From NCBI GenBank assembly GCA_963796105.1, contig CAWCKJ010000004.1:864001-928000 (forward strand): a DNA stretch of 64,000 bases, given 5' to 3'. The translations under genes and the position numbers were made by a program. The notes below the pieces were generated by a model that saw nothing but the letters and a program-made list of their open reading frames with translations, made no database searches and was not told where the DNA came from. Numbering within the stretch: position 1 is the stretch's first letter; every line of letters begins with the position of its first letter. This DNA is from a candidate division FCPU426 bacterium. Its GTDB lineage: Bacteria; Oederibacteriota; Muellerivitia; Muellerivitales; Muellerivitaceae. Positions 40,953-51,000 of this stretch are shown here, piece after piece.

Positions 40953-41289
40953 TATCTCGGATAAGGATTTGTAACCCTGTTCCGGTTTTCGCCGGTAACC
41001 TGGGATCCCCTATGCTGAGCCCACAAGGCGAAGCATGAGACTTGGGTGTGTTGGCGCCAAGATAATGGGTGCCATGGTGACATTTCCGGAGGCATAGAAG
41101 TGGCACAATCCCCGAAAAGTGGCACAATCAACTGCCCGCATTTCCGTCGGCAACCCGGGATAACCTGGTGACAGGCTGAGATAACCTTGGTGTCATTTTG
41201 GAACGCGCCCTACAAGTTGGACAGTTGAAGCAAAAAATAGAGAATAGGGAAACGGCTCAAGGGGTAACCCCCCAAAGGAGCATTTCCAA

Positions 41290-41637
41290 ATGGGTAAAAT
41301 AAGACGGAAGTTCAGTATTGATTTCAAAGAACAAGTCGTCCACGAGGTAGAAACTGGCCTATCGCTCAATGAAGCTGCTCGTCAATACCAGCTCAATCCA
41401 AGCGTTATAACCCGTTGGCGCGATAAATATCGCCAAGGAACCTTGGTTGAAAAACCTTCCCTTCACGAAAAAATATTGGAAAAAGAGAATGAGAAACTCA
41501 AAGCCAAGATTGGGGAATTGATCATGGCGATAGACCTTTTAAAAAAATTCCAAAAATACGCGGAAAACCAGAGAAAGCTCGATACCTCCGTGATCACCTC
41601 AAGGAATTTGGCTCAATTTCAAGAGGATGCCAAATGA
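41290..41637 (+). CDS. IS3 transposase OrfA
   Basis: RRKFS.DFK HTH and leucine zipper ending LLKK over an A7 tract. Confidence 0.92.
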   Translation: MGKIRRKFSIDFKEQVVHEVETGLSLNEAARQYQLNPSVITRWRDKYRQGTLVEKPSLHEKILEKENEKLKAKIGELIMAIDLLKKFQKYAENQRKLDTSVITSRNLAQFQEDAK

Positions 41638-42470
41638 TGGGGCTTCCTCGAAGTACCTATTATTCTGCACTTAAAAGTGAACCGGAGATTCAGGAACAAA
41701 GAGATTTGGACTTAAAGAACCGAATCGAGCAGGTGAGATTGACCTTCCCCTACTACGGCTATCGGAGGCTCTACCACCACTTTTTACGGGAGGGATTAAG
41801 GATTAACGCCAAACGGATTCGGCGGGTGGTAAGGAAATACGGTCTTTACCCTATTATTTGGGGGAAAAGGTTCAAGATCCAAACCACCCAATCCAATCAC
41901 GACCTGCCGGTGTTCCCCAACCTCTTGGAAAGGGTGGCAGAAACTGCTGTCAATCAAGTGTGGGTGGCGGATATTACCTATATCCGAATCCTCACTTGCT
42001 TTGTTTATCTGGCGGCCATTCTGGATCGTTTTTCCAGAAAGGTGATCGGGTGGGCGGTTTCCAAGAGACTGGATCGGGAGTTGTCGCTTTCGGCTTTACG
42101 CATGGCTTTAGAGGAAAGGAATCCTCTTCCGGGATGCATCCACCATTCAGACAGAGGGGTGCAATATGCCTGCTGGGATTACGTGGCCCTGCTTGAGTCC
42201 AAAGGATTAAGGATCAGCATGTCCAGGACAGGCAACCCTTACGACAATGCAAATGCGGAATCCTTTTTCAAAACCTTGAAATATGAGGAGGTGCATCTAT
42301 TCAATTACGAAACTTATCAGGAAGTGCTTCAAAGACTTCCATACTTCATCGAGGAGGTGTATAACAAAAAACGGTTGCATTCTTCTATCGGCTACATGCC
42401 GCCTGAGGAGTTCGAGGCTTTAAAGTCACTCAAACCAATCGCCGGAAAACCTATTCTCAACTTGGAGTAA
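41634..42470 (+). CDS. IS3 transposase OrfB (DDE)
   Basis: YGYRR, WVADITY, HHSDRG.QY, DNA.AESFF and YN..RLHSS. Confidence 0.95.
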   Translation: MMGLPRSTYYSALKSEPEIQEQRDLDLKNRIEQVRLTFPYYGYRRLYHHFLREGLRINAKRIRRVVRKYGLYPIIWGKRFKIQTTQSNHDLPVFPNLLERVAETAVNQVWVADITYIRILTCFVYLAAILDRFSRKVIGWAVSKRLDRELSLSALRMALEERNPLPGCIHHSDRGVQYACWDYVALLESKGLRISMSRTGNPYDNANAESFFKTLKYEEVHLFNYETYQEVLQRLPYFIEEVYNKKRLHSSIGYMPPEEFEALKSLKPIAGKPILNLE

Positions 42471-42708
42471 AAACTGTCCAAGGTTTGGGGCGCACACCAT
42501 TTCCGTCGGCAACCCAGGATAACCTGGTGACAGGGTGGGATAACCAGGTGACAGCTACCGGCATTTCCGCAGGAAACCCAGGATAACCTGGTGACACCTA
42601 CTGGCAAAGGGCAGGTTCCGAGACTCCTGCCGCCAGATCGCTAGTACCGCTTCCAACGTGGCATTATCATGTCGAGGATTGATAACGAACTGACGGTAAC
42701 CGCCCCCT

Positions 42709-44541
42709 ATGAAACCTTCAAAAAACACCACCCCCCTTTCCCTTCTCAACCGCGTCTTTGGGTACCCGTCCTTTCGGGGTCGGCAGGAGGCCGTCATCCG
42801 CCATGTCCTGGACGGGGGTTCCTGCCTGGTGCTGATGCCCACCGGGGGCGGCAAAAGCCTCTGCTTCCAGATCCCGGCCATGTTGAGGCCCGGCCTGGGG
42901 CTGGTCATTTCCCCCCTCATTGCCCTGATGCAGGACCAGGTGGACGCCTTGGTCCAGAACGGGGTGGCGGCCGCCTTTTACAACTCCACCCTGGATGGCC
43001 GCCAAAAAAGCGAAATCCGCGAACGGGCCTTTCGGGGGGAATTGGACCTGCTTTACGCCGCTCCCGAGACCCTCAACACCCCCGGATTCCAGGATTTCAT
43101 CCAAGGCCTTCCCCTAAGCCTCATCGCCGTGGATGAGGCCCACTGTGTTTCCCAATGGGGGCATGACTTCCGGCCCGATTACCTCCAAATCGCCCGCCTG
43201 CGGGAGCATTTCGCCTCCGTGCCCCTGGTGGCCATGACGGCCACCGCGGACCCCCAAACGCAAAAAGAGATCCGCGAGCGGCTGGGATTGGCGCAAGATC
43301 CCGTTTTCTCCTCCAGCTTCGACCGGCCCAACATCCGCTACCAAATCACGGTCAAGGGCGCGGGCCGGGAGCAGCTGCTGGATTTCATCCGTTCCAACCA
43401 TCCGGGCCAAGCCGGAATCGTCTATGTCCTGAGCCGGACCAATACCGAGGAAACAGCCGCCTGGCTCTCGGAAAGGGGCGTCCCGGCCCTGCCCTACCAC
43501 GCCGGAATGGATGCGGATTCAAGGCGCCGCCACCAGGCCAGGTTTCTCCGGGAGGACGGGCTGGTCATGGTGGCGACCATCGCCTTCGGGATGGGCATCG
43601 ACAAGCCCAACGTCCGCTTCGTGGCCCACCTGGGAATCCCCAAGAGCGTGGAGTCCTATTACCAGGAAACCGGCCGCGCGGGGCGCGACGGGGAACCCGC
43701 CTCGGCATGGATGGCCTATTCCCTGGACGACGTGGTGAAGCTCCGCCGGATGATCCAAGGCGGGGAGGGAGAGGAAGCCTACAAGCTCCTGGCCGGGCAA
43801 AAGCTCAACGCCATGCTGGGCCTTTGCGAGACCGTGCTCTGCCGCCGCCAGTCCCTGCTGGCCTATTTCGGCGAGGAACATCCGGGGAATTGCGGCGGTT
43901 GCGACAACTGCCTTCAGCCCCCCAAGACCTGGGACGCCACCGTCGCCGCGCAAAAAGCCCTTTCCTGTATTTACCGCACGGGCCAACGCTTCGGCGCAGG
44001 CCACTTGATCGACCTTCTCATGGGGAAGGAGACGGAAAAGGCCGCCCAGTTCGGTCATACCCGGTTAAGTATTTTCGGTGTGGGCAAGGAATTGGAAAAA
44101 AGGAATTGGGACTCGGTATTCCGCCAATTAGTCGCGGGGGATTACGTCGAAGTGGATTTGGAAAATTACGGCACCTTTAAGCTGAACCCAAAATCTTGGT
44201 CCGTCTTGAGGGATGGGCAAAAGGTGTGGTTGAGGGAAGACCCGGCCTTCCGCAAGGCCAAACGGGGTACCCGGAAGGGCAAAGCCCCAACAAGACCGCC
44301 TGTGGCCTGGGACGGCCGGGAATCCTCCCTTTTCGAGGCCTTGCGTGCCCTGCGGGCGCGCCTAGCCAAGGAACAAAACCTTCCGCCCTACGTCGTTTTT
44401 CACGACAGCACCCTGCGCGAAATGGCCGCCCAGCGGCCCTCCAACCTGGATGAGTTCGCCCAAATCTCAGGCGTCGGCGAAACCAAGTTGAAGCGCTACG
44501 GCCCCGCTTTCCTGGAAGTCCTGCGATCAGGTAGTTCCTAG
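42709..44541 (+). CDS. recQ: ATP-dependent DNA helicase RecQ
   Basis: [35 protein letters not shown] cysteines and HRDC domain. Confidence 0.97.
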   Translation: MKPSKNTTPLSLLNRVFGYPSFRGRQEAVIRHVLDGGSCLVLMPTGGGKSLCFQIPAMLRPGLGLVISPLIALMQDQVDALVQNGVAAAFYNSTLDGRQKSEIRERAFRGELDLLYAAPETLNTPGFQDFIQGLPLSLIAVDEAHCVSQWGHDFRPDYLQIARLREHFASVPLVAMTATADPQTQKEIRERLGLAQDPVFSSSFDRPNIRYQITVKGAGREQLLDFIRSNHPGQAGIVYVLSRTNTEETAAWLSERGVPALPYHAGMDADSRRRHQARFLREDGLVMVATIAFGMGIDKPNVRFVAHLGIPKSVESYYQETGRAGRDGEPASAWMAYSLDDVVKLRRMIQGGEGEEAYKLLAGQKLNAMLGLCETVLCRRQSLLAYFGEEHPGNCGGCDNCLQPPKTWDATVAAQKALSCIYRTGQRFGAGHLIDLLMGKETEKAAQFGHTRLSIFGVGKELEKRNWDSVFRQLVAGDYVEVDLENYGTFKLNPKSWSVLRDGQKVWLREDPAFRKAKRGTRKGKAPTRPPVAWDGRESSLFEALRALRARLAKEQNLPPYVVFHDSTLREMAAQRPSNLDEFAQISGVGETKLKRYGPAFLEVLRSGSS

Positions 44542-44642
44542 CCCCGCCCTGATTAAGCCTGGGGTGAGCGGGTAAAACGAGTCGAAAACGTCGTGGGATT
44601 AAAAAAGTTTGAATGTCCGAAATCAATGCTTATCGGGGACAG

Positions 44643-44882
44643 TTAACGAAGTTTATCCTTCGGCTCAGGCTCGGTTTTTCCTACCTTTCCCATGGCCTTC
44701 AGGAATTTCGCCCGGCTTCCACTTCTTGCGCGGCTTCCTAAATATTCATCAGCCATCAGGGCTGAAACTTTTTCCGCGAGGGCCAATGTGATCATTTGAT
44801 TGATGGAAACATGCTCCTTGTCAGCCATTTCACGAACGGAACGGTGAAGGGTATTCGGCAGCCTCAAACTTATGGCACTCAT
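44643..44882 (-). CDS. Ribbon-helix-helix antitoxin
   Basis: MSAISLRLP..LH......A..E.VSINQ; ATGA overlap with the toxin stop. Confidence 0.85.
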   Translation of the reverse strand: MSAISLRLPNTLHRSVREMADKEHVSINQMITLALAEKVSALMADEYLGSRARSGSRAKFLKAMGKVGKTEPEPKDKLR

Positions 44883-45307
44883 TTTAGTCCTCCCAAAAAC
44901 GTCAATATTTTCTGGGGCGTGTAAATTTTTAAACCCCAAGCCTCAATTCCTTTGAAATCCCGTTTGTTAAAAGTAACAATCCCGCTTGCTCCAGAAGCCA
45001 CGGCCAATTCCAGGACCATGTCATCTCCCGGGTCTTTTAAGCATGGCCTCCAAAGATAATGTACTTTACAGTGTCTCGCCTCGGAGCAGAGATAATCTAG
45101 GATATCGTCCTTTTCCCCAGCCGAAAGTTTAATACCGCTATTTGGATTTTTAATCGCCGCCTCGTACTCCAACAGCAGCGCCACCGACAATTGAATTTGA
45201 AACCGTTTATCGCCCAGCGCCAATAATAATCGGTGTGAAGCGCCCAAACGCGACCTTAAAGCTGAGACAAGAATGTTGGTATCCAACACAATTCGCAAAG
45301 GTTTCAT
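44879..45307 (-). CDS. PIN-domain (VapC-like) toxin
   Basis: VLDTNILVSAL, LEYE, DPGDDMVLELA and VTFN.RDF. Confidence 0.9.
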   Translation of the reverse strand: MKPLRIVLDTNILVSALRSRLGASHRLLLALGDKRFQIQLSVALLLEYEAAIKNPNSGIKLSAGEKDDILDYLCSEARHCKVHYLWRPCLKDPGDDMVLELAVASGASGIVTFNKRDFKGIEAWGLKIYTPQKILTFLGGLK

Positions 45308-45399
45308 AATGGTATTATATATGATACCAACATTGTATCAACCAAACTTCTACCCCATTTCGCTTTGAAAATATCGTCCACGATCCCTGCCCATCGCTG

Positions 45400-45473
45400 T
45401 GCCGATCAACCATAAAGATAAATTGAGATCGGTACAATACCAGCCACATTAAAAGTTTAATGGGGGGCTGGCA
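45400..45473 (-). repeat. Two-hairpin element, copy E
   Basis: TG|TGCC...GGCA|TG inside the loop of the palindrome GCCCATCGC...GCGATGGGC. Confidence 0.88.
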
Positions 45474-45559
45474 TGCGGTGCGATGGGCTGTCAGACAAGA
45501 TATTGGGGACCGAAATAACCTTTCCCGCTACTCCCCGGACCTTGTTAAAATATGCGCCT

Positions 45560-46549
45560 ATGACCAATCCAATCCGACGGTGTTTTATATTAATTCTCTT
45601 AGTTTCCGCTTTTTCTCCCCTTCGGGCTGATCCCACTTTTCTCCAATTGAAACAGGATATCCCCTTATCCGGGGGGATGTCCCGGTTCGACCAACAGGCC
45701 TTCGACCCCCAAAACGGGATGCTTTATATCGCCCATGAGGGCGAGGGCCAGATCATCCTTTTCAATACCAAGTTAAACACTGTATTTACGACCCTACCTG
45801 GCTTTCCTGGGGTGACGGGGCTCTTATTGGTCCCCGAACTCCACCGCCTCTACGCCAGCGTCTCCCAAAGGCACCAGGTGGCGGTGATCGACACCCAAAG
45901 TTTGAAAGTGCTGGCCAAGGTCACGGCGGGCAATCTTCCCGACGGCATTGCGTATGTCCCAGAACTCCACCAACTGTTTGTATCGGATGAGCTGGGAGGG
46001 GAGGTCACAGTCATCGACGTCTTGAAAAACAAGCGCGTTGAATCCATCAAACTGGGCGGCCAGGCGGGGAATACCCGTTATGACTCAAGCTCCCGCCTTA
46101 TCTACACCACGGTCCAAACCAAGAATGAGCTGGCCGCGATCGACCCTCAAACCCGTAAGATCATCGCGCGCTATCCCATTTACAACGGCAAGCGGCCCCA
46201 TGGGCTCTGGATCGACACCAATACCCATTTGGCTTTTATCGGATGCGAGAAGGACAGCAAGCTGGTGGTTTTCGACCTCCAGACCCGCCTGGAGACCGCC
46301 GTCTCAAACGTCGGGAAAGAGCCGGACGTCCTGACTTTTGATAACCAGCAGGGGTACCTTTATGTGGCCTCGGAGGAGGGAAAAGCGTCGGTTTTCCGCG
46401 TCAGGGACCGGAAGATCGAGAAGATCGGCGATTTCGAGGTGGGGAACAAGGCCCATACCATCGAGGTGAACCCCCAGAACCATGATCTTTATTTTCCTTT
46501 GACGGTGGAAAAGAAGCCGGTCCTAAGGATCATGAAGCCTAATTTATAA
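45560..46549 (+). CDS. Exported YncE/YVTN beta-propeller protein
   Basis: Signal peptide from ATG 45560; repeated V.VID...G..P.G.A blades. Confidence 0.85.
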   Translation: MTNPIRRCFILILLVSAFSPLRADPTFLQLKQDIPLSGGMSRFDQQAFDPQNGMLYIAHEGEGQIILFNTKLNTVFTTLPGFPGVTGLLLVPELHRLYASVSQRHQVAVIDTQSLKVLAKVTAGNLPDGIAYVPELHQLFVSDELGGEVTVIDVLKNKRVESIKLGGQAGNTRYDSSSRLIYTTVQTKNELAAIDPQTRKIIARYPIYNGKRPHGLWIDTNTHLAFIGCEKDSKLVVFDLQTRLETAVSNVGKEPDVLTFDNQQGYLYVASEEGKASVFRVRDRKIEKIGDFEVGNKAHTIEVNPQNHDLYFPLTVEKKPVLRIMKPNL

Positions 46550-46568
46550 TCGATTCAAATCCACCACA

Positions 46569-46643
46569 TGCCAGCCTTCCACAAAGCTTTTAAAGAGGCT
46601 GGTATCGTACCGATCTCAATAATATCTTTATGGAAGATCGGCA
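46569..46643 (+). repeat. Two-hairpin element, copy F
   Basis: CA|TGCCAGCCT...AGGCTGGTA-TC-GTACCGATCT...AGATCGGCA|CA. Confidence 0.9.
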
Positions 46644-46790
46644 CAGGGTCTCAGAGACACAGCTAAAAAAACAAATAATTCCTTTTTCTTTTTTAAATGA
46701 ACCTCAGTTGCACATCTAAAAAATCAATCAACAAAGGGGAGATTAGCATGCGCATAGAAGTAATTTTAGAAAGATGTCTCTGAGGCTCTG

Positions 46791-46866
46791 TGCCGATCCT
46801 CTTTAAAGACATCAAATAGAGATCGGTACAATACCGCATTCATATAAGGTTTATAGAAAAGCGGCA
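46791..46866 (-). repeat. Two-hairpin element, copy G, variant stem 1
   Basis: Reverse complement reads TGCCGC...GCGGTA-TT-GTACCGATC...GATCGGCA; TG flanks on the plus strand. Confidence 0.88.
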
Positions 46867-46924
46867 TGTGTCTCTGGGGTGACTCGGGTGTTTGTTGGAT
46901 GTATTTAAAACAACGCCGGATGGA

Positions 46925-47767
46925 TCAAACCGGGACGAGGCTGTCGTAGGAACGGATTTTGGCGATGACCTCATCGATGAGATAGTCGGGAGTCGATGCC
47001 CCGGCCGTAATTCCCACCTTGACTTTCCCCTTGAACCAATTCGAGTCCAACTCCTGAGCCGTCTCGATATGATGGGTCGCATCGGGAAGAAAAACCTGGC
47101 AAGTGTCGGCCAGCTTGTGGGTGTTGGAGGAATTCCGGCCCCCGATGACGATCATGATTTGCACCTGCTTGGTGAGGGCCGCGGCGGCGGTTTGGCGGTC
47201 CTTGGTGGGTTTGCAGATGGTATTCACCGCCACCACCTCGGTACAGCGTTCCTTGAGTTTCTCCACGAACTTCTCGAACTTTTCCATCAACAGGGTACTC
47301 TGGGTGATAACCCCGATGCGGGAACCTTCCGGCACTTTCGCGATATCCGCCTCCTCGTAAATGATGATGGGGCCCCTCAGGCGGCTGGCGATGCCCTTGA
47401 CCTCCACGTGCTTGGGATCACCGATGATGACGATTTGGAGGCCCTTTTCCTGGAGCTTGTGGCCCTCGTTGTAAATGCGAGTCACCAGGGGACAGGTGGT
47501 GTCGATGATGTCCAGGCCCTTATCCTTGATCTTGCCCAGGACGTTGATATCCAGGCCATGGGCGGTAATGACCACGCGGTTGTCCTGGACCTCGTCCAGG
47601 GACGTCACGATTTTCTTGTTAAGGGAGGCCAAACGGGCCACTTCCTGCGGGTTGTGGATCAGGGAGCCGAAAATGAAAGCCTTGTCCATGGACTCGGCCT
47701 TCTCGATGGCTCGTTTCACCCCGAAACAAAACCCCGCGGCGTTCGCGACCAGGATTTCACGGTTCAC
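46925..47767 (-). CDS. ispH: 4-hydroxy-3-methylbut-2-enyl diphosphate reductase
   Basis: GFCFGVKRA, IHN, AHG, DTTCP.V, NTIC..T..RQ, SSNT and TAGASTP. Confidence 0.97.
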   Translation of the reverse strand: MNREILVANAAGFCFGVKRAIEKAESMDKAFIFGSLIHNPQEVARLASLNKKIVTSLDEVQDNRVVITAHGLDINVLGKIKDKGLDIIDTTCPLVTRIYNEGHKLQEKGLQIVIIGDPKHVEVKGIASRLRGPIIIYEEADIAKVPEGSRIGVITQSTLLMEKFEKFVEKLKERCTEVVAVNTICKPTKDRQTAAAALTKQVQIMIVIGGRNSSNTHKLADTCQVFLPDATHHIETAQELDSNWFKGKVKVGITAGASTPDYLIDEVIAKIRSYDSLVPV

Positions 47768-48070
47768 TTTAAAACCCCCACGAAAATTTTAAGTTCTAAA
47801 TTTTTAATTTTAAATTATGGTTCGGATTTTCAACCGAAGACTGAAAATCCATTAATTTTTAAAACGGCTAAACCGAGATGGATTATATTTTACCTAGGAT
47901 AAAAAGTCCCTAAATCGGACTTTTTATCCTGAAGACATATGCGGTAACCCCACAATTCCTGCGGAATCTTTGGGGTCAGAGGCTGCTTTGTAGCACTATT
48001 ATTAGTTTCTCAACAGCCTCTATATAATGCATCCAGCGAAATAAAACCCAGACCCCCAAAGGATTTTCTT

Positions 48071-51000
48071 GTGCGGTTTTCCCTCTATTTAGGCCCCTAT
48101 CAGCCGTTCCTGGAGGAAGAGCTTTACGCCCGCGTCCGGGAACTTCGTTCCGCCGACCCTTTTTCGCCCCTGGTAGTCCTGGTCCCGAACCGGCTTCTCG
48201 TGCGCCATTTGCGGGAGGAATTGGCGCGAAAACAACAGTGGGTCTTCAATATCCGTTTTCTCACCTTCCACCAGTACCTATTGGAAAGCATGGAGGATAA
48301 ATGGATGACGGAGGGGTTCCGGGTCCTGCCCGAGACCCTGGTGCCCTGGTTCTTGAAGGAGAAGTCCAAGGCCGGGCGGAAAACCAAAGGCCCTTTCTCG
48401 GCGGTAGAGAACACGCCGGGTTTTTACAAGGCCCTCCGGGCCACCCTCTCGGAGCTCAAACAAGGTGATTTCAATCCAACCTCCTTGGGGGAATCGGCGG
48501 TAAAACTGTCCAAGGCTAAGGACCGCCAAAGTTTATCGGCAAAGCTGAGGGAATTCTCCCTGCTGTTGGAATCCTATGAGGCTTGGAAAAAAAAGGAAAA
48601 GTGGAAGGACCTGGATGACCTTTACGCCGGGGCCTTGGAGCTTCCCCCTTCCCCAACGCCCTTATGGGTTTACGGATTTTACGACGCATCCGTGCTCCAG
48701 CAAAAAGCCCTAAAACACCTTTGCTCAGCCCAGAATAGCGATTGGTTTATTCCCTATGAGGACAATCCGGTTTTCGATTACGCCAAACCTTTCGTGGAAT
48801 GGGCTGGGAGATTGGGCGAGGTCATAAAACCCGCAACGTGGAAAAGGGATGACTCGTCACCCTTAAAAAAACTGCAGGGGAATATATTTATAACTGAGGT
48901 TGTGCGTTGGCCCGAAGGGCCAAGCACCCTTGGCCCTAATTTCGGGACAAGGGCCACAAGCATGTCGCAATCTTCGTCCTATTCGGACGAAGCTCCTCGC
49001 AATGACAACACATTTGAGAATTCCGATGTCAAAATCCTTCTCTGCCCGGGTGAGCCCCGGGAAATCCGGGAAGGCATCCGGACCCTGCTGGACGAAGCAG
49101 AGAAGCAGGAAATCCCCTTTTCAAGATGCGCGGTGGTCCTCAGGCAGATGGAAAACTACCGGAGAATGCTGGGGCAGGCTTTCTCAGCCCAAGGGGTGCC
49201 CCTTGCCAAGGAACCCACGGTTTTCCTCATGGAAACCCCCGAGGGAAAGGCAGTCCAGCTTCTCCTTCAATGTTTCCAACAGGAATTTCCCCGCGACCTG
49301 TTTTTAAACTTCCTCTCCAGCCCCAACCTCAAACCCGAGGGTTTCGGCTTGGGTCCGGACGATTGGAATCCCCACTTGTGGGACAGGGTTTCCAAGGAGG
49401 CTGGGGTGGTGGAAGGGGAAAAAGCCTGGCTGGACCGCCTCAACAGCCATCTGGCCAGCCGTTCCCGGGTTTCCGTTCCCGAGGAGGAGGAACTTTCGAA
49501 GGAGGAAGGGGAGTCCATCCGGGATTTCAGGAAAGTCCTCCAAAAACTGTTCACGACCCGCCAAACATTCAACCTGGAAAAATCCTGGGAGGGAAAATCC
49601 AGGGTTCTTTTATCCCTGGTCATGGTCCTATTCCGGGTTTCCCGGGCGCAGGGACAATTGGCTGCGGTATTGAAGGGAATCCAGTCCTTGTCGCGTCTTT
49701 CCCTGGGCGTGAGCCCGGAGGATTTCACCTCGGTACTCTCGGAATTGCTGGAGGAGCAAATGGTTCCCTGGGAAAAATCCGATCCAGGCGGAGTGGAAGT
49801 TTTGGACCTGATGCAGGCCAGGGGAGTGCCTTTCGATGTGATGGTTTTGCCCGGCCTGGTGGAGCAGGGCTTTCCCCGGGTGGTCCGGCAGGACCCTCTT
49901 TTATTGGACGAGGAAAGGAGAATTCTCAACGGCTTAGTGGATGCCAAGGCCCGGATTCCGGAAAAAGCCGAGGGCCGGCTGGAGGAAAAACTCCTTTTCG
50001 CCTTGGCGGTCCGCGGCGCCCGGAAAACCCTCGTGCTCACGGCGCCCGACTTGGATCCTTCCACCGGAGGGCCCCGAATCCCCTCCATATACCTGTATGA
50101 GACGGCCCAGGCCGTCACCGGAAAAAGGCAAGCCCACTTGGCCGAGGCCGGGCCCTTCGTGAAAAAAATCCAGGTTTCCGGCTGGATCCGCGGGGAAGGG
50201 GACCGATGCGGGGATGACCTGGAGCAGTTGTTAAGCAGGTTCCAAATGGCCCGCGGAGGCAAGCCTCTTCCGGCCCTGGCCTATGTCGCGGAAAAACCTT
50301 TTTATTTCAAGGCGCAGGAACTCCTGAAAAACCGGCAGTGGGTCCGGGCCTTTACCCCTTACGACGGGGTTTTTCAAAGTCCCCAAGCCCTGGCGGAACT
50401 TCAAAAGAGCCATTCACTCCAAGGAAAAGCCCTCTCGGCCTCCCGTTTGGAAACTTACGCCTCCTGCCCCATCCGTTATTTTTTCAAGTACATCTTAAAG
50501 CTCAAAATCCATCCCGAGCCTGAGAGAATTTTCCAATTGGAAGCCGCCGACAAGGGAACCTTGATGCACGCCATTTTGGAGGAAACCCTCGCGCGGGGCC
50601 TGACGGAAGGCTGGTTCAACAAACGCGAGACCGGAAAGGGCCGCAAAGTCCTGGTGGAGGAAACCCAAAAGGCTTTCGACCGTTTCGAGAAGGACGGCTT
50701 GCCGGGATCGCCCGCCCTTTGGGCTTGGAGCCGTTTTTCCATGACCCGGGACCTGGAGAGGGCCTTCTTAAGCGTGATGGAGGACCTGGAATGGGTTCCG
50801 GGGGATTTTGAGAAGGATTTCGGGAAGAAGGACCAGGCTGAGGTCTTGTTCCCGGCTTCCCAAGGGAATTTCCGGCTGGAAGGCTGGATGGATCGTGTGG
50901 ACTTTTCCGCCGACGGGAAACGATTGAGGGTCCTGGATTACAAGACTGGGAGCAGTACCTCCTTCAAGAAGAACAGCGTGAAGGAAGGCGCCAAACTCCA

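Larger units (their letters stand above)
41199..42499 (+). mobile_element. Intact IS3-family insertion sequence
   Basis: TG...CA ends; imperfect IRs (TGGAACGCGCCCTACAAGTTGGACAGTT vs reverse complement TGGTGTGCGCCCCAAACCTTGGACAGTT); 3-bp TTT target duplication. Confidence 0.95.
41138..42598. repeat. Short tandem repeat array interrupted by IS3
   Basis: Three units of CATTTCCG..GG.AACCC.GGATAACCTGGTGACA at 41138-41198 and 42500-42598. Confidence 0.8.

Noticed and set aside
41138..42598. CRISPR array
   Set aside because: Only three units; the spacers are unequal and resemble the repeat; no cas genes. The AddB nuclease domain is Cas4-like only by fold
44643..45307. Toxin-before-antitoxin order as a novelty
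   Set aside because: This PIN plus RHH arrangement is a known, common TA type
31224..46866. Two-hairpin repeats as terminators, tRNAs or integron attC sites
   Set aside because: No U-tracts, no cloverleaf and no RYYYAAC/GTTRRRY ends; they occur in both orientations and no integrase is present
46892..47902. 336-aa plus-strand ORF
   Set aside because: Antisense to the clearly identified ispH
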